Assembly: GCA_050230475.1 (NCBI GenBank) | Contig: JBFLGF010000041.1 | Location: forward strand, 1 to 64,000 | Source: Ancylonema sp. | Taxonomy: Eukaryota | Direction: 5' to 3' | DNA length: 64,000 nt | Shown here: positions 37,990 to 50,837 of the stretch, piece by piece | Numbering within the stretch: the first letter of the stretch is position 1 | How the letters are laid out: each line of letters starts with the position of its first letter | The notes under the pieces: model-generated | The model's database searches: none | What the model was told of the DNA's origin: nothing | Seen by the model: the letters and a program-made list of their open reading frames with translations, nothing else | Program-made: the position numbers and the translations under genes

Positions 37990-40400
37990 TTCGATGACCA
38001 AAGGCCCTTTCGAAAAACTTGATGAACTAGCGGCTTTTGAGTCACGCCATTGACTACAAGGGCAGCACAAACGATGGTAGTGTTCGAACTTGAATCGTTG
38101 TGCTACTTACTACAAGCAGGATGACAAATCTACGCACGGCTTTTAGAGGTGTGGACAATGCGATACGGTTATACATCAAATTTAGCGAGAGTTATCGACG
38201 ATGACTAGCTACTATGTGCAAGTATGTACTACTTGTCATCTTCACCATAAAACTGCGCGATGATGCACAACATGAGCGAGAGTTGTGACTGCGTCGACGG
38301 ACATAATATAAGTGCGCGCAACACAACTTCTACTATAATATTGAATAGATTATAGTCAACATAATCCCGGAGAGCGTTGTCACGACGTCTAGGATCCTTC
38401 AAATATTACCCCAAATACTTGATAAATCTCTCCCTCATAATAAATCCTATCCGCGCCGCACTCGAGTCTCGGTTCCGCCTCGCTACAACTTCTGCCCCGC
38501 TCGTCGATTTTCCCGAGCTCCAGCCTGCACCCCGAATTATGATTTGAATGATGATATTTGCAGTTTTGATTAGACATGACTTGCCATCAATCCGACGTGT
38601 AACTTTGTAACTAGTGAACTATCTCAATGTGATGACTTGGTTATAATTGTTGGCCGTCGATGAAATTAAACGATCGAGATAAAATATAAGACGTTTGCAC
38701 GCGCGATTATTATTTGAGATTGATTTGGCGATAGACACGAGTCCCGCGTCTTCTCTAGAGTTTTGATAATAAATTGTAACCGGAATCAAAATAAGCTTTC
38801 GCTGAATCAAACGCTAAAGAGACTTGCATTCCATTTTGCCTCTCGTGTATTTTGTACTTTGAATTTCGTATTTGGTAAAATTCTTAATTGTGAAGCTTGT
38901 ATTGTGTTTTGTACGATTGCACTCTTTGTCTTGTCGATAGCAATTGCTTGCACATCCGAGTTGTCGCTCTCCATGCATATTGTGCGCATTGTGCGTATTG
39001 TTGTTGCTTTCGCAATTTGGTATTCTCCCACTTCTACTATACGCAAGTCAGAGCTTTCGCTTGGTGTGCAAACTCAATGTCTTTTTGTTGTGAATTACAA
39101 GGATTTTAGACTTACGCATAAACAGTGGATCGCCCGTTGTTACTGTGATATTATATTGCTTCTTGCACTATAAAATCCCAAGAGCGTCGACATCATTGCC
39201 GAGTGAGAGAGTTGCCGAGTGAAGGCGACGTTCTTACCGTCGTTGCCGTCATCGCTTGCGATCATTGCCGCGAATCAAGCGTGCGAAACTCCTTGCTGAC
39301 CCTTACTACTACAACTTCTAAGATATCGACATTCATCGCTTCATGTCGATTATCATACGACGTATCTTAACATCGACTACCTACGTCATCGATACCGACT
39401 TACTCTATTTATCCAATCCAGTACGTCATAATATCATCGCGCGCGCAATTGTCTCATATCAATTTACAATTGTGTCTCATTTATGGTACACATTGTTGAC
39501 AAGCCATCAACATCGATCGAAGGGACACATCTGACAAATAATAAAGTGACACGTAGGATCGACTACTCAAGATGATAATGAAATCTGATCCGGGGTCCCA
39601 AGTCTACGACGGGAGGTCTGATGAGGTTGAGCGAGAGCGGAAGCGTCGATGCGGCGAAATTATGGATATCGCGGCGCGGAATAGTATTTATGTAGAGGAG
39701 AGTATTATAATTTTAGTAAAGAGGTATTACTCGAGCGATCTCCACACGCATGACATAGAGCATCTACAAATAGTTGATACTCCGGCTGAAAAATATTAAT
39801 TCTAGAGTTGGCCTCGGGAAGCGACCAATTCCATATGGACCCGGTTCAAAAACGGCTCGCGGTTCGTAATCCGGTATCGCGGATTAAATCCTGTCAAGCC
39901 TTATCGCGTGCCAATCGCGATCGGCAAGCCCTACAACATCGGATACAAGTGAATTATCAGGTGTAGTGATACCGATTCACTTCACGTGAACGACCCGAGA
40001 CGAAACATTTCCATCGCACGATCACAACATCTTTGTGCATGAAAGTTGAGTTGTAGATGAGTTGTAGTTCGGATGGTAGAGGAGAAATACACAAGTAATA
40101 ACTTGTAAGAGAAGTCCATCGAGTAATACTCTTTAAAATGATATCTATTTTCGAAAGCGGATGACATATTTGGAAAGAAGTGTGTAGGTGACATCAAGTG
40201 CAAAGCAATATCAATCCAATACTAGTATGCAAACGCATCGAAAAGGACGAGGGGAGATGTGGTATCAGTTGCTACATAATTTTTGACATTAACAAAACAA
40301 TAGCAAAGATTGAAGCAAGGTGCAACTACTCCAACTATATACAAGATAATAAATACATGATGTACGACATTAACTTTCTTGATAACATTGATGAGCTCAT
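37990..40400. mobile_element. mosaic of highly decayed retroelement relics
   Basis: Short broken peptides resemble an integrase zinc finger (RGVDNA...YVQVCTTC, ~38140-38250, +) and a LINE RT thumb (KYLG.IF, ~38400-38430, -). Strong CAG/CTG depletion. Confidence 0.3.
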
Positions 40401-40579
40401 GTAAGGTGTAGGTTAGCACCTCCGACTTCCGCAACCCAAGACTGTTGAAGTTATTCATCAAGATGCGTAAACGCCTGTCAGAGGAGCATATGGTGACACA
40501 TACTTGAATATTAATAGGATGGCCCGCATGCTAATGAAAAAACTAGATGACCACAAGGCCGCAACCGGCGAGTTCAAAC

Positions 40580-42852
40580 CTAGCTTCTCATACTTGGTTG
40601 CAATGTAGTCCGTAACAACAACCTTCGTTGTCTATTTAAAGCGTGGGCCGTAGCGGATGTCTCTTGTAGTTCCAACACAAACCCGCATTTCTCATACAAT
40701 TGCTTTGCTGGAAGATTTTCAGCAACGACATGTACGTACAAGTCTTCAACGCCTGCAAGACAACACACTTGATGGCAGCGTAAATTCCTCATGTCCAGAC
40801 GTGAATGAAAACATTTTCCCCACTGTCGTGTTGTAATTCCAACAAATAACACTCCATTCTTAGCCCAAAGTAGAATACAAACTTAGTCTCATCTCTGATT
40901 ACTATGACATGTTAAGACACTACAACACTTAGCTATTGCGACACGGTTCCAAACTTCAAATTTCTCAAGGGCGTCAAAACTTAACCGACCAACCACACTT
41001 GTGCTTACACACAACTCCCTCGCTCTTGTACAATAGTTGTCCAAAAAACAATCCCACAACTTGTCCAACAACGGGCAAGTCATTGATTGGTCATAGAAAT
41101 CACATATGGCACCTCAGGCTCCGAATCTGTCAACTCCTACTCCCAACCGTAAGTTTCACACATATACCGAAGTCCGCCAAAGTACGAATCGTCATTTGAT
41201 ACTCACCCCAATCCTCTGCCATTTCCATGGCATCCTTGAGCAAGCGAGCAGCCACTCCCCTCCGTTGTGCGCATGTGGCAACGCACACGTTGGACAAGTA
41301 CGCGCGTCTTAGCTCCACATTGGTACCCTCCTACGACATTCACATTGACATCCGCGTTGAAACACAAGGAGAGTGAGCAATCGACTTCACTACAAAAATG
41401 TAAAAGTGAGCGGCCAAGATGTAGCCCAACATTACCACATAGCGTTACGAGATACGAGAATTGTGATTCACTACAAAAACGAAGGGTGAGGGAGTGGGTC
41501 TAGATTCAGATAATTTCTCAATAACCCATTTGTTGTTACCCTCATTTTCACTCCCTATGATAGTGGCTAAAATAGTCTCGAGATATGGACGATATGAGAA
41601 CAAAGCAAATATCATCCTTGCATTCCGAATTGGTAGAAATGTCACCATCTCGGTCTTTGCAAGCCTTGTGCGCACTTGAGTGGGCATTACCTCCTCAACA
41701 TGTGTGGCAATCATACATGTGCTCATAGGCATAACGATACCAGTGGAAGTAATTTGGAGTGCGGTATTGTGTACGCATTGCATGCACATGCCTTCCTTAG
41801 TTGGTGCCAACCTCATGCACATCGTACCTGAGGAAAGAGACCGATAAGTTCCTCCCCCGGCAATCGTATACCCAGATTCAGATCCAAGGTGCCAACCACC
41901 CACTGCTGTTGTCCACCCTCTTCGCCCACCTGCGTTGGTGGCACATTCGAGAGCACAAATAGGCGGTTTACGACTGCAGCTGGGAGTATTGGGCGCAAAG
42001 TATGAAGGAAATCGTAAATCAGTGCGTAAGCGCATTCACTCCGCTGAAATTCAGAGTGAAAGACAGCGCTTCCCAGACCTGGCAATGGCGGGAAAGCTCT
42101 GTGGAGCCCTGGGAAAGGTGCCCGACGTCGCATAGAGCCACCAGACAGGCCACTGGTCTGAATCCAATTTCCTTTCCCATGGACTTCTGTTGCATGGCAC
42201 GGCATTCGTCCTGTATTCGCATGGCACGGTGCCGCTGCGGTTGCAAGGAAGGGATATTAATTCGGGACAGAGAGGGACTTAAACATCATTCATCTCTTTC
42301 GCACGAATGGAAAAGAAAAACAGAAGAGGTGAACAAAATGAGAGACATGAGGGAAAGGACCACAACTTTGAGGGTGCGGTACTGACAGCATGTAAGACCG
42401 ATGAATAGGAAAAGAAATGAAACTGGTTGCGACAATGATGTGCAGGACACGTGGAATGTAGCCTGACATTTACCAAGTCTGCATGTGGTGGCAAGGCACA
42501 TGCAGATGCCGGGAACTTCCATACATCTGTCCCACACGGGTATGTGTTGACCCTTAATCGATCTCATCCCCGTTAGTAGTACCTCAGATGTCGTGGGGGA
42601 CCGGTCCACAGGATAACTATAGAAGGATTGAGATCGGAGGGTGGCAGCCGCCCGAAACAGAGAGGGCGATGTAGCTGTCTCCACATTCAATGAAAGCGTG
42701 GAGGGAACGCTTGCAGGCTCGGCAGCAACAGCGTTGACAAAGAATCTTCCCAGCCTTGATTTCCCATCATGGCTCGGAGCTTTGGAGCAGAGACTGTGGG
42801 AAGGGCAGGTGAAGGAGATGGAATGGTGGTTTACTGCCGCAGGGCTTAGCAT
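40580..42852 (-). CDS. GNAT7: plastid GNAT-family acetyltransferase (At4g28030/GNAT7-like), 5 exons
   Basis: Peptides VVGTLDLN, RAYLSNVCVA...RRGVA and LYVHV..EN.PA..LY.K.GF...LNRQRRLLL; transit-peptide-like N-terminus. Confidence 0.85.
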
Positions 42853-44425
42853 CGTACCCCCACATGCAACCAAACGTTTTCCGTGTCTCGAGAAGTTATC
42901 CACGTTTCCAATGAGTACCAGCAATCCAGGATGCGTATATCTCCTCTGTTTGCAGACGGAGTCACCTCCCAACTTTTAAAAATATCGGGCGAGTAGGCAG
43001 ACGTTTTTTGGAAAGCAGATCGGCACAACACAGTACAATATTGACATCTTTACTCATACCTTGACACTGCAAGTGACAGGGCGTTCTGAGTGGGTTGTTT
43101 ACCGGTATTGTGGCCCTGCTGTACTGTCGGTATGCGGACGGACAGACGTCCGGGGGACGGACGGACGGTCGATACACCGGTCGAGCGAAGCGGGACTACG
43201 AGTACTTCCGAAATTTCTCGAACGCGTTTCAGGTCGCGGATGGGCACCACGAGTGCCGCCCGTCCGCGCTAGCGGAGGGGCTCCAGTTCAGGAATTCAGA
43301 AATCCAATTTCAAAACATCATAACTTCTACATGGTTCATATTTTTTCTCACGTTATTTATTCACATGGTAGAGCAGGGGTTGTTGTTGCTTTTTTTTTTT
43401 CTTTTTTTCATTTCATTTTGATGTTTGTGAAGTCATTAGGTTAGGAAACGCGAGAACATTGGAAAACCTCTACATGCTCGCCTTTCTAGCCGAATTTTCC
43501 AAGCGTTCCTAGCGGAATATTTAACGTTCGTGTACATCCGACTCGGGACTCCCCAATTTTTTATTTTTATTATCTCGACACTCGAACATGGTTACTTTGA
43601 ATTCGTTAAATGGAAGAGGCCCCACGACGGGACAACACATCGTTATTTTTATTAAGTTTTCCCCCCGATGATGCATCTTGGCACGGTATATTCAGTGGAC
43701 GTACGAGCATCTTTGTACGAGCATTCAAAAATCACATATGCCGTTCGGTTTAACTTTGATATATTTGCATTCACCATCACCTTTTTCATCGCATTCAGGA
43801 GTATTATGTGACTTGAAGTTCCAAGTCCTTGTCAGTGAAGTTGAAATTTTCTATATTGTGGCCTCTAAGCTAATGGTCATTGTTTGTGAGTTTTCTTACC
43901 CAAAAAAGCTTAAGTTTCCGCTTTGCGTTGGTTAGAATGTATTATCAACAATCATTTCTCCATTTTTTTCATTGTTTTTGTGTTTTTTCGCACTCCCAAT
44001 AATTATGTTGTCATCCAGTTTTTCGCTCTATATGCACTCCGATTTGGATAATCCTTTTGTTGCTAGTTACGGAGTTCAAAAAACATTGATTGGACAACCA
44101 TTCCCTACTCGTAGCCTTTTATTGCAATGTTCTATCGCACAAATCGCTTCTCCCATTGTCAAGTTATTTTTTGTACATGGTAGCTCGCCCACATCGAGTA
44201 GTACAGTGAGTGACGCTCGAAAATTGCGGACGTGACTATATTTGCTTGCAATTCATATCGTGAATCAAACGAGCGGCCTATTTCAAGTAACATCACTTGA
44301 GCTCCTTTTCCTACTCCTACGACGTTGACACCCTTTGTCGATTTGTGAGCAAGTTCCATGATCGCATCGTCATCGAGTTTTTTAGCCCGACCGACCCAAT
44401 CGAGAATGCCACCCACCCAATTGAG

Positions 44426-44856
44426 TGTGAGTGCTTTCTTCTGCCATCGATGCAAGAATAAAGCACAATTCTCTCAGACAACTCTTGAATCGACAGATCA
44501 CGTCATTACAAACGTTCACACAACAAAAGTGCAACTTTGAAGTAGAAAAGTCTGATTACAGAATTCAGCATACAAGCTCAGACCTAGTACAGTCGATTGT
44601 TACCTGGTCAAAGAATCTACTGGTATTGAAACTACTTCGTCAACTGCCAATCATATCCAAGCATTCTGCCACATCAACTAGTTCTTATCGACACTTGTGC
44701 CAGATGGCCAAGCAATCATTGAAACAAGGACATCGGCCTGCAGCCGGCCTGCAGCCTGCCCCTGCATTTGCTGAATAACGATAAAACTAAAGCTAAATTT
44801 CCGGTATTGCTAAAATCGATATAACGACAAAAGTTCACAGCCCCTGAAAACTAACA
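44426..44856 (-). repeat. copia 3' LTR
   Basis: Direct repeat of 49432-49884 with small indels. Confidence 0.95.
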
Positions 44857-44946
44857 CCCCCTCCCCGGGTACTTTTGTATTCCCCCTCCAAAAACGATAA
44901 CCAAAAACGATATCGATTTTACAAACACAAGTCGACAAATTCTTTT

Positions 44947-47900
44947 TCATACACCAACCCCACCAGATCAAAATTCTTCTTCAACACCTTGACAGACACT
45001 GCTTTAGTCAACGTATCAGCAGCCTGGTCTTCACTCTTGACAACTGTAGACTGATCTTTTTCTTGGACACCCTCTCTCGAATGGAATGATACTTGATCTC
45101 GATGTGTTTGGAGCGCTTGTGGGAAAACAGAGGATTCTCGGCAAGTTTCAAAGAACTCTCATTGTCTCCCAGCAATAGCACACTCCCCCCACCAATACCC
45201 AACTCACTCCTTTTGCATCTGGCTCAAATAAATGGCCTCATTTCCAACAGCACTCATGCCCAAATACTCAACTCTCACAGCTTTGGTGTGTGACTGTCTC
45301 CAGGAGACCACTTTTCCAGCTCACAGCAGCTCCTCCACTAAGAAAGACATAGCCAGTTCTCCCCTTCCTAGTGTCGACGTCGTCACCATGACTAGCATCT
45401 GAGTAGCCGATGACCGGCAAATCACCTCCTTTCTTATACATCAGCCCCAAATTGACAGTTCCCTTGAGATATCGCAAAACTCTCTTTACCCCCTCCCAAT
45501 GCTTGTCCCCTGACTGCTGACTGTATCGACACAAGGAGTTAACAGCGGCTGCCAGATCAGGTCTTGTTCCGAAAGTGAGATACAGCAAACTGCCCATTGC
45601 AGACTTGTAGCCCACACCCTCTATTCCAGCAGATTCAGAAGCAGATCCCCAGTTTGCATAAAATTTTACACCCAGCTCAAGAGGAGAAGCAGCAGAATTG
45701 CAATCTTGCATCCCAAACTTGGTGAGGAGATCTCTGGCATATTTCTTTTGCATCAAAAACACGTGTCCATCAGACTGCCGTCGAATCTCAAGCCCCAGCA
45801 AGAATTTTGCTTCCCCCAGTTCTTTCATGTTATACTTCTTTCCCAATCCTCTTTTCACCCCAAAAATAGTATCCAGCCTGATGCAGAGGAGAAACACATT
45901 ATCCACATAGAGCGCCAAGTAGAGTGCTTCTGGCCCTGCTCCCAGAATATAAAGGTCAAAATCTGAAGCGAGACGATGAAACTGCAAGCTTTTCAGCACG
46001 TCGTCGATGTGCTGATTCCATCCTCTCGGTGCCTGCTTGAGGCCATACAAGCACCTGAGTAGTAGCCACACCAAGTATGCTTCACCAGGCCCACACGTGC
46101 CGTCAGGGGCCTCCATGTACACCTCCTCTTCCAGTGGTGCATAGAGAAAAGCTGTCGTTACATCCATCTGATGCATGTGTAGACCCCTGGAAGCTCCCAT
46201 GGCAACAAGTTGGCGAATGCTCTCAAAACGAACAGTTGGAGAAAAGGTCTGATCGTAGTCCTCTCCCTCTACTTGACTGAACCCCTTAGCCACAACTCTT
46301 GCTTTGTATTTTTCTACAGAACCATCTGCATTGAATTTGATTTTGAACACCCACTTTGACTTCACAACTTTCTTCCCCTTCGGCCTTGACACAAGTCGAT
46401 AGACCTGGTTTTCTTGTAGACTTGTCATTTTTGCAGCCATTGCAGCTTTCCACTCAACTGCTTGCGGGCTGTTAAGAGCTTCCTCGACAGTCGTTGGTGT
46501 CTTTATCTCACTTTCCAAGTTGGCCACAAAAGCAGCAGCAAATCTGTTGGGATGCATTCCTTTGTTCTCCCTTGCAGATCGACGAATAGGCTCGGGATCA
46601 TCGATAGAAGTTTCTGAAAAGTTGTCGTTCATGCACATTGGATTAAGAGGAGTAGCATCATCTGGATACCATTCTGGACCATCTTCGAGATGATATTCGT
46701 CTTCATCGCCTCCACTAGAATCGCTGACAAGTTATGGAAGATCTGCACTCTGAGGAAGAGGAGATCTCGGAAGCTGTGGCAATGGATTTCCCACAGCATC
46801 AGGGATCTCTTCATCGACAAAATTTGGATCGCCATAGGCAGGTTGCCCACCTCCATAAATGCCCCCTCCGAGGCCAACACTACCCCCTCCTGCTCCTTGA
46901 TGAGCTGCATCCAGATCTGGCCATGACATTTTTGTTTCTGCAACTGGCTCATGCACTCTTGCCTTCTTGCCAATTTTATGACCCCTCCACCAGCTTTGCT
47001 TGACAGATTCATCGAAGTCTGCATGACCAGTGCCAACGTTGTGTGCTTTGTTCGTTGCAGGATCCCAGACTCGGTAGCAAGGACTGTCGGGATTCCATCC
47101 AACTAACACACCAAGCCAAGCCAGCGCACTCATTTTCCCAGCCCATCTTGTTTCCCTCCAGTCGCACATAAACTTAGCAGCCGAATGATCGAAGATGATC
47201 GACCTTTGGCACCTCTCCTGACCACATCTCCTCTGGAGTCCTTGGAAGACCGCTGACTTGACATCGATTTCTGAGATATGAAGCTAAGGAGATTGCTTCT
47301 GCCCACAGAGACCAGGAGGAGAAGTTGCATGTGCAAAAGCATAGAGCGAGCCCCCTCTCTTGCAACGTACGATTCGTGCGCTCTGTGATTGCATTGCCTT
47401 GAGGAGTGTTTGGCGGAGTTGTCTCATGTCTGATGCCTCTGTTTTTGAGCCACTTCTACAAATCACCATCGATAAACTCTCCTCCTCGATCTGATCTCAT
47501 TTTTTTAACAGGTTTCCCAGCTCGTCTTTCCGAGATTGCGATCCATTGCTTCAGACGAGGAGCTGCATCATCTTTGCTGCGAAGAATTTCCACCTAGGAT
47601 TTTCGGCTGTATTCATCGACGAGCACCATGTTGTACACTCCTCCCCCTATTGATACTGAATTGAACGGCCCTGCCAAGTCCACCGACACTCTTCCCAGGC
47701 AGACTTGTTCTCCTGCTCCAGCTTCTCGTTGAGGATGAGGTTTGTCGTGTGCCTTCCCCAGCTTGCACCCTTCACAATTTTGCAGAACTCCTGAGATGCC
47801 TCCTTCCAGTCCTCGTACCAAGATGTTGTCGTGCCACATTTTTGAGCACTCTCTCATTTGCCATGCCCAAGTCTTGTGTGCAGGAGGTTGATTTCGGACA

Positions 47901-49402
47901 GTAGCTACAACAACCTTCCCCTTCAGTAAGTTGCTGATGTCGAACCGGTGTGCAGATGAGAGTTTTTCGACGTGTCGATGTTTCTTGCAGAGTGCAGACT
48001 TGTTGTCTTGATTTGCTGTAAATTGGAATGATGCCACCAGCTTTTCCACTGCAAGTGTAAGACCACCCTGCTTCTCTGGCTTTCTGACCGCTGAACAAAT
48101 TAATGCGCATCCTAGGAATGTACAAACATTTCTTGAGTGTTACTCCTCCACACTCTCCCTCAGTATTCAACTCAATTGTTCCCCATTATTTCACTCGCAC
48201 ACTTCCGACCAGATGATGCATGATGACCTCGTGTGGAATGTCTTCGAGGATTTTGAAAAGATTTTTCTGCCCACAGGAATGGTGACTGGAACCATCGTCG
48301 AAAAGGAAATCTTTCTCTGCATCATCATCATCCGCAACATTTCCTTTCACAGATTTCACAATGATAGCTTCTCCATGACCACAGCTCTCCTCCTCATCGA
48401 TTTCGCCAACGAAAGTTGTTTTTCTCTGCGTACCCCCTTTCTTTGCATTCGTGGAGCTTCGTTTTTCTTATCGAAACATGTGAATTCCACATGACCAATG
48501 GCTCCACAATATCTGCATTCTTCGTTTTTCTTGGAGCAGCCTCTCTGCTATAGTGACTTGTCTCTCCACAAGTATAGGAGGAATGTCCTCCACTTGATCC
48601 ACTGCCTCCACCTCTGCCTCCACGACCACCTATGATTCCACGATTATCTGCTGAATACCCCCTGAATGTACCCCTGCCTCCACGATTGTCGATACCACCA
48701 CCTCTGCCTTGGCTTGAAAATTTTTGTTGCGCTGACCACTTAGCATAGTTTGCCTCTACAACTAGTGCCTCAGCATCTTTGACATCTTTTTCTTTCTTGT
48801 CGTCCAGCTCATCCATTCCCATCTGCCCCCAGATCCAGCTGATCCCAGGTGCCTCTTTCTGTCCATAGTAAAGCTTCTTCAACATGCCGTATTTTGTTCT
48901 TGACATGCCAGCAAACAATGCCATCACCTGGTCTTCTGCGCTGACTAGAAATTTTTGATGTACACACTCTCTGATGATCGACAAAAAGGTATTCTTGATT
49001 TCTCTGACTGGCATCTTTTCATCAATCTTGAAAGAGTTCAGCTTTTCTTTTGCAATCTGTCGAAGTTCTGGAGATACCTTGTCATACTCCTCTGTCAGAT
49101 AGTCCCACATCGCCTTTGGATCTCGTTCAAATTGTTCAAGTGATGTCGATGTCGTTACTGACAAGTTGCATAAGTAGCATGACTGCCTTCTTTGATCTTT
49201 TGCGGAAGCTTCTGACATCAAGTGTACACTGCTCCATTTCTGCTTCATTTGTTGGCCAGTGTTCATCACCATATCTGGCTGTAACCTCAGCTGGAATAGT
49301 CTCTGTTCCTTTGCAGATCTCAAGGCACTCAACATCATCAAGAGTAGCTGAGAGTAGCTGAGGCCTTAGATCTCCATGCTTGTAAGGTAACTTTATCTCC
49401 AT
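44947..49402 (-). pseudogene. copia gag-pol (gag, PR, IN, RT, RNase H) with frameshifts and stops
   Basis: CGETSH knuckle; CEGCKLGK...VDLAGP...VDEYSR integrase; QMDVTTAFL, LYGLKQAPRGW and LYVDN (YVDD mutated) RT; YSDAS and RSKHIEIKYH RNase H. Confidence 0.95.
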
Positions 49403-49431
49403 CCAGAATGCAGTAGCTCTGATACCACTGT

Positions 49432-49884
49432 TGTGAGTGCTTTCTACCGCCATCGATGCAAGAATAAAGCACAATTCTCTCAGACAACAACTCTTGAATC
49501 GACAACAGCGACAGATCACGTCATTACATACGTTGACACAACAAAAGTGCAAGTTTGAAGTAGAAAAGTCTGATTACAGATTTCAGCATACAAGCAGACC
49601 TAGTACAGTCGTTTGTTGCCTGGTCAAAGAATCTATTGGTATCGAAACTACTTCGTCAACTGCCAATCATATCTAAGCATTCTGCCACATCAACTAGTTC
49701 TTCTTATCGCGACACTTGTGGCCAGATGGCCAAGTAATCAATTGAAAACAAGGACATCGGCCTGCAAGCCGGCTTGCAGCCTGCTGCCACCTGCATTTGC
49801 TGAATAACGACAAAACTAAAGCTAAATTCCGGTATTGCTAAAATCGATATAACGACAAAAGTTCACAGCCCCTAAAAACTAACA
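49432..49884 (-). repeat. copia 5' LTR
   Basis: Adjacent to the PBS through a 4-nt spacer. Confidence 0.95.
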
Positions 49885-50005
49885 TTGAGCACGTTATACG
49901 TGAGAGTCGAACGTGGATCTCCTCGCGTCAAACAATATAAATATAGAATACCAAACCGCTTGTTATGGGGACGTTGACTAAAAATCGATGGTATATAAAA
50001 CTCTA

Positions 50006-50044
<39 letters not shown>

Positions 50045-50837
50045 CACGGCTCCGCGCTGTGCAAGATTTTCACTGGTTTGACACACCTGCAAATCTACAA
50101 ATTTATCGCACACTTGAGGAACCAAATAGTGTGCGACCAACTAAAATTTTCATGCATTGTTGCTTAGGTAATGCCGTTTTTTGGTATTCTTGAGTCCTAC
50201 ACGAATAAGATACTCAATAAAAGATAGCTACTAATTCCCGTACAATGTGATATAACTCGAATTCGGTGCTTCGTCTTTTAAGGCAAAAAGTCCGGACCAC
50301 ATTTCGAAGCGAGGTGGGTTTGCTAGTCGGGCGGTTAAAATGGTGAGAGGGCACAACATAAAAGTGTCCCTTTCGCGGCAGAAGGCAAAACTTTTGCCAA
50401 CGTGTTACAATGGTTGATAAATCTTTTGTATTATTATCCTATTTTGTGTGCAGTATGGATCTGTTAAAAAAATCACTACTTTTGGCACCTCGAGAAGCCA
50501 TGAGAGCATGTACGAATCACCACCACATTGCACTAATTGGTTTGGGTTTTTTCATCCCAACAATATCTTGTCTCATTATCGGCCATCAACCTCCACATGT
50601 TTGTCTGGGACTCCCAAACCCATACACGCAAACCTCTACTCCATTCCGGGAGTATCCTAGTGGAAGTAACCACCAATGACTAACTTGTATGACCGTTTAT
50701 TTGTTCACTCCCAAAGTGTGGAAAAGCATTGTGCGGCCAAAAAAGGCTCGTGCCCTCGCCCGACTTCGCAAACTAAGGTTGTGTTGTCCACAAGTTGGGG
50801 CACCGCAAAATCGCTACAGCCCTTGGGGGGGTCCTCA

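Larger units (their letters stand above)
44426..49884 (-). mobile_element. complete but degenerate Ty1/copia LTR retrotransposon
   Basis: LTRs at 44426-44856 and 49432-49884 (TG...CA), with 5-bp TSD ttgag (44421-44425, 49885-49889). tRNA-iMet PBS tggtatcagagc (49416-49427, -) and PPT at 44857-44866. Confidence 0.97.

Noticed and set aside
39572..39799. DIAARN resembling a tyrosine-kinase catalytic loop
   Set aside because: No HRD, DFG or other kinase motifs, and it lies in decayed DNA.
50007..50039. Poly(A) run as a retrocopy tail (also 23798-23826)
   Set aside because: No TSD or recognisable upstream body, and homopolymer runs are common across the window.
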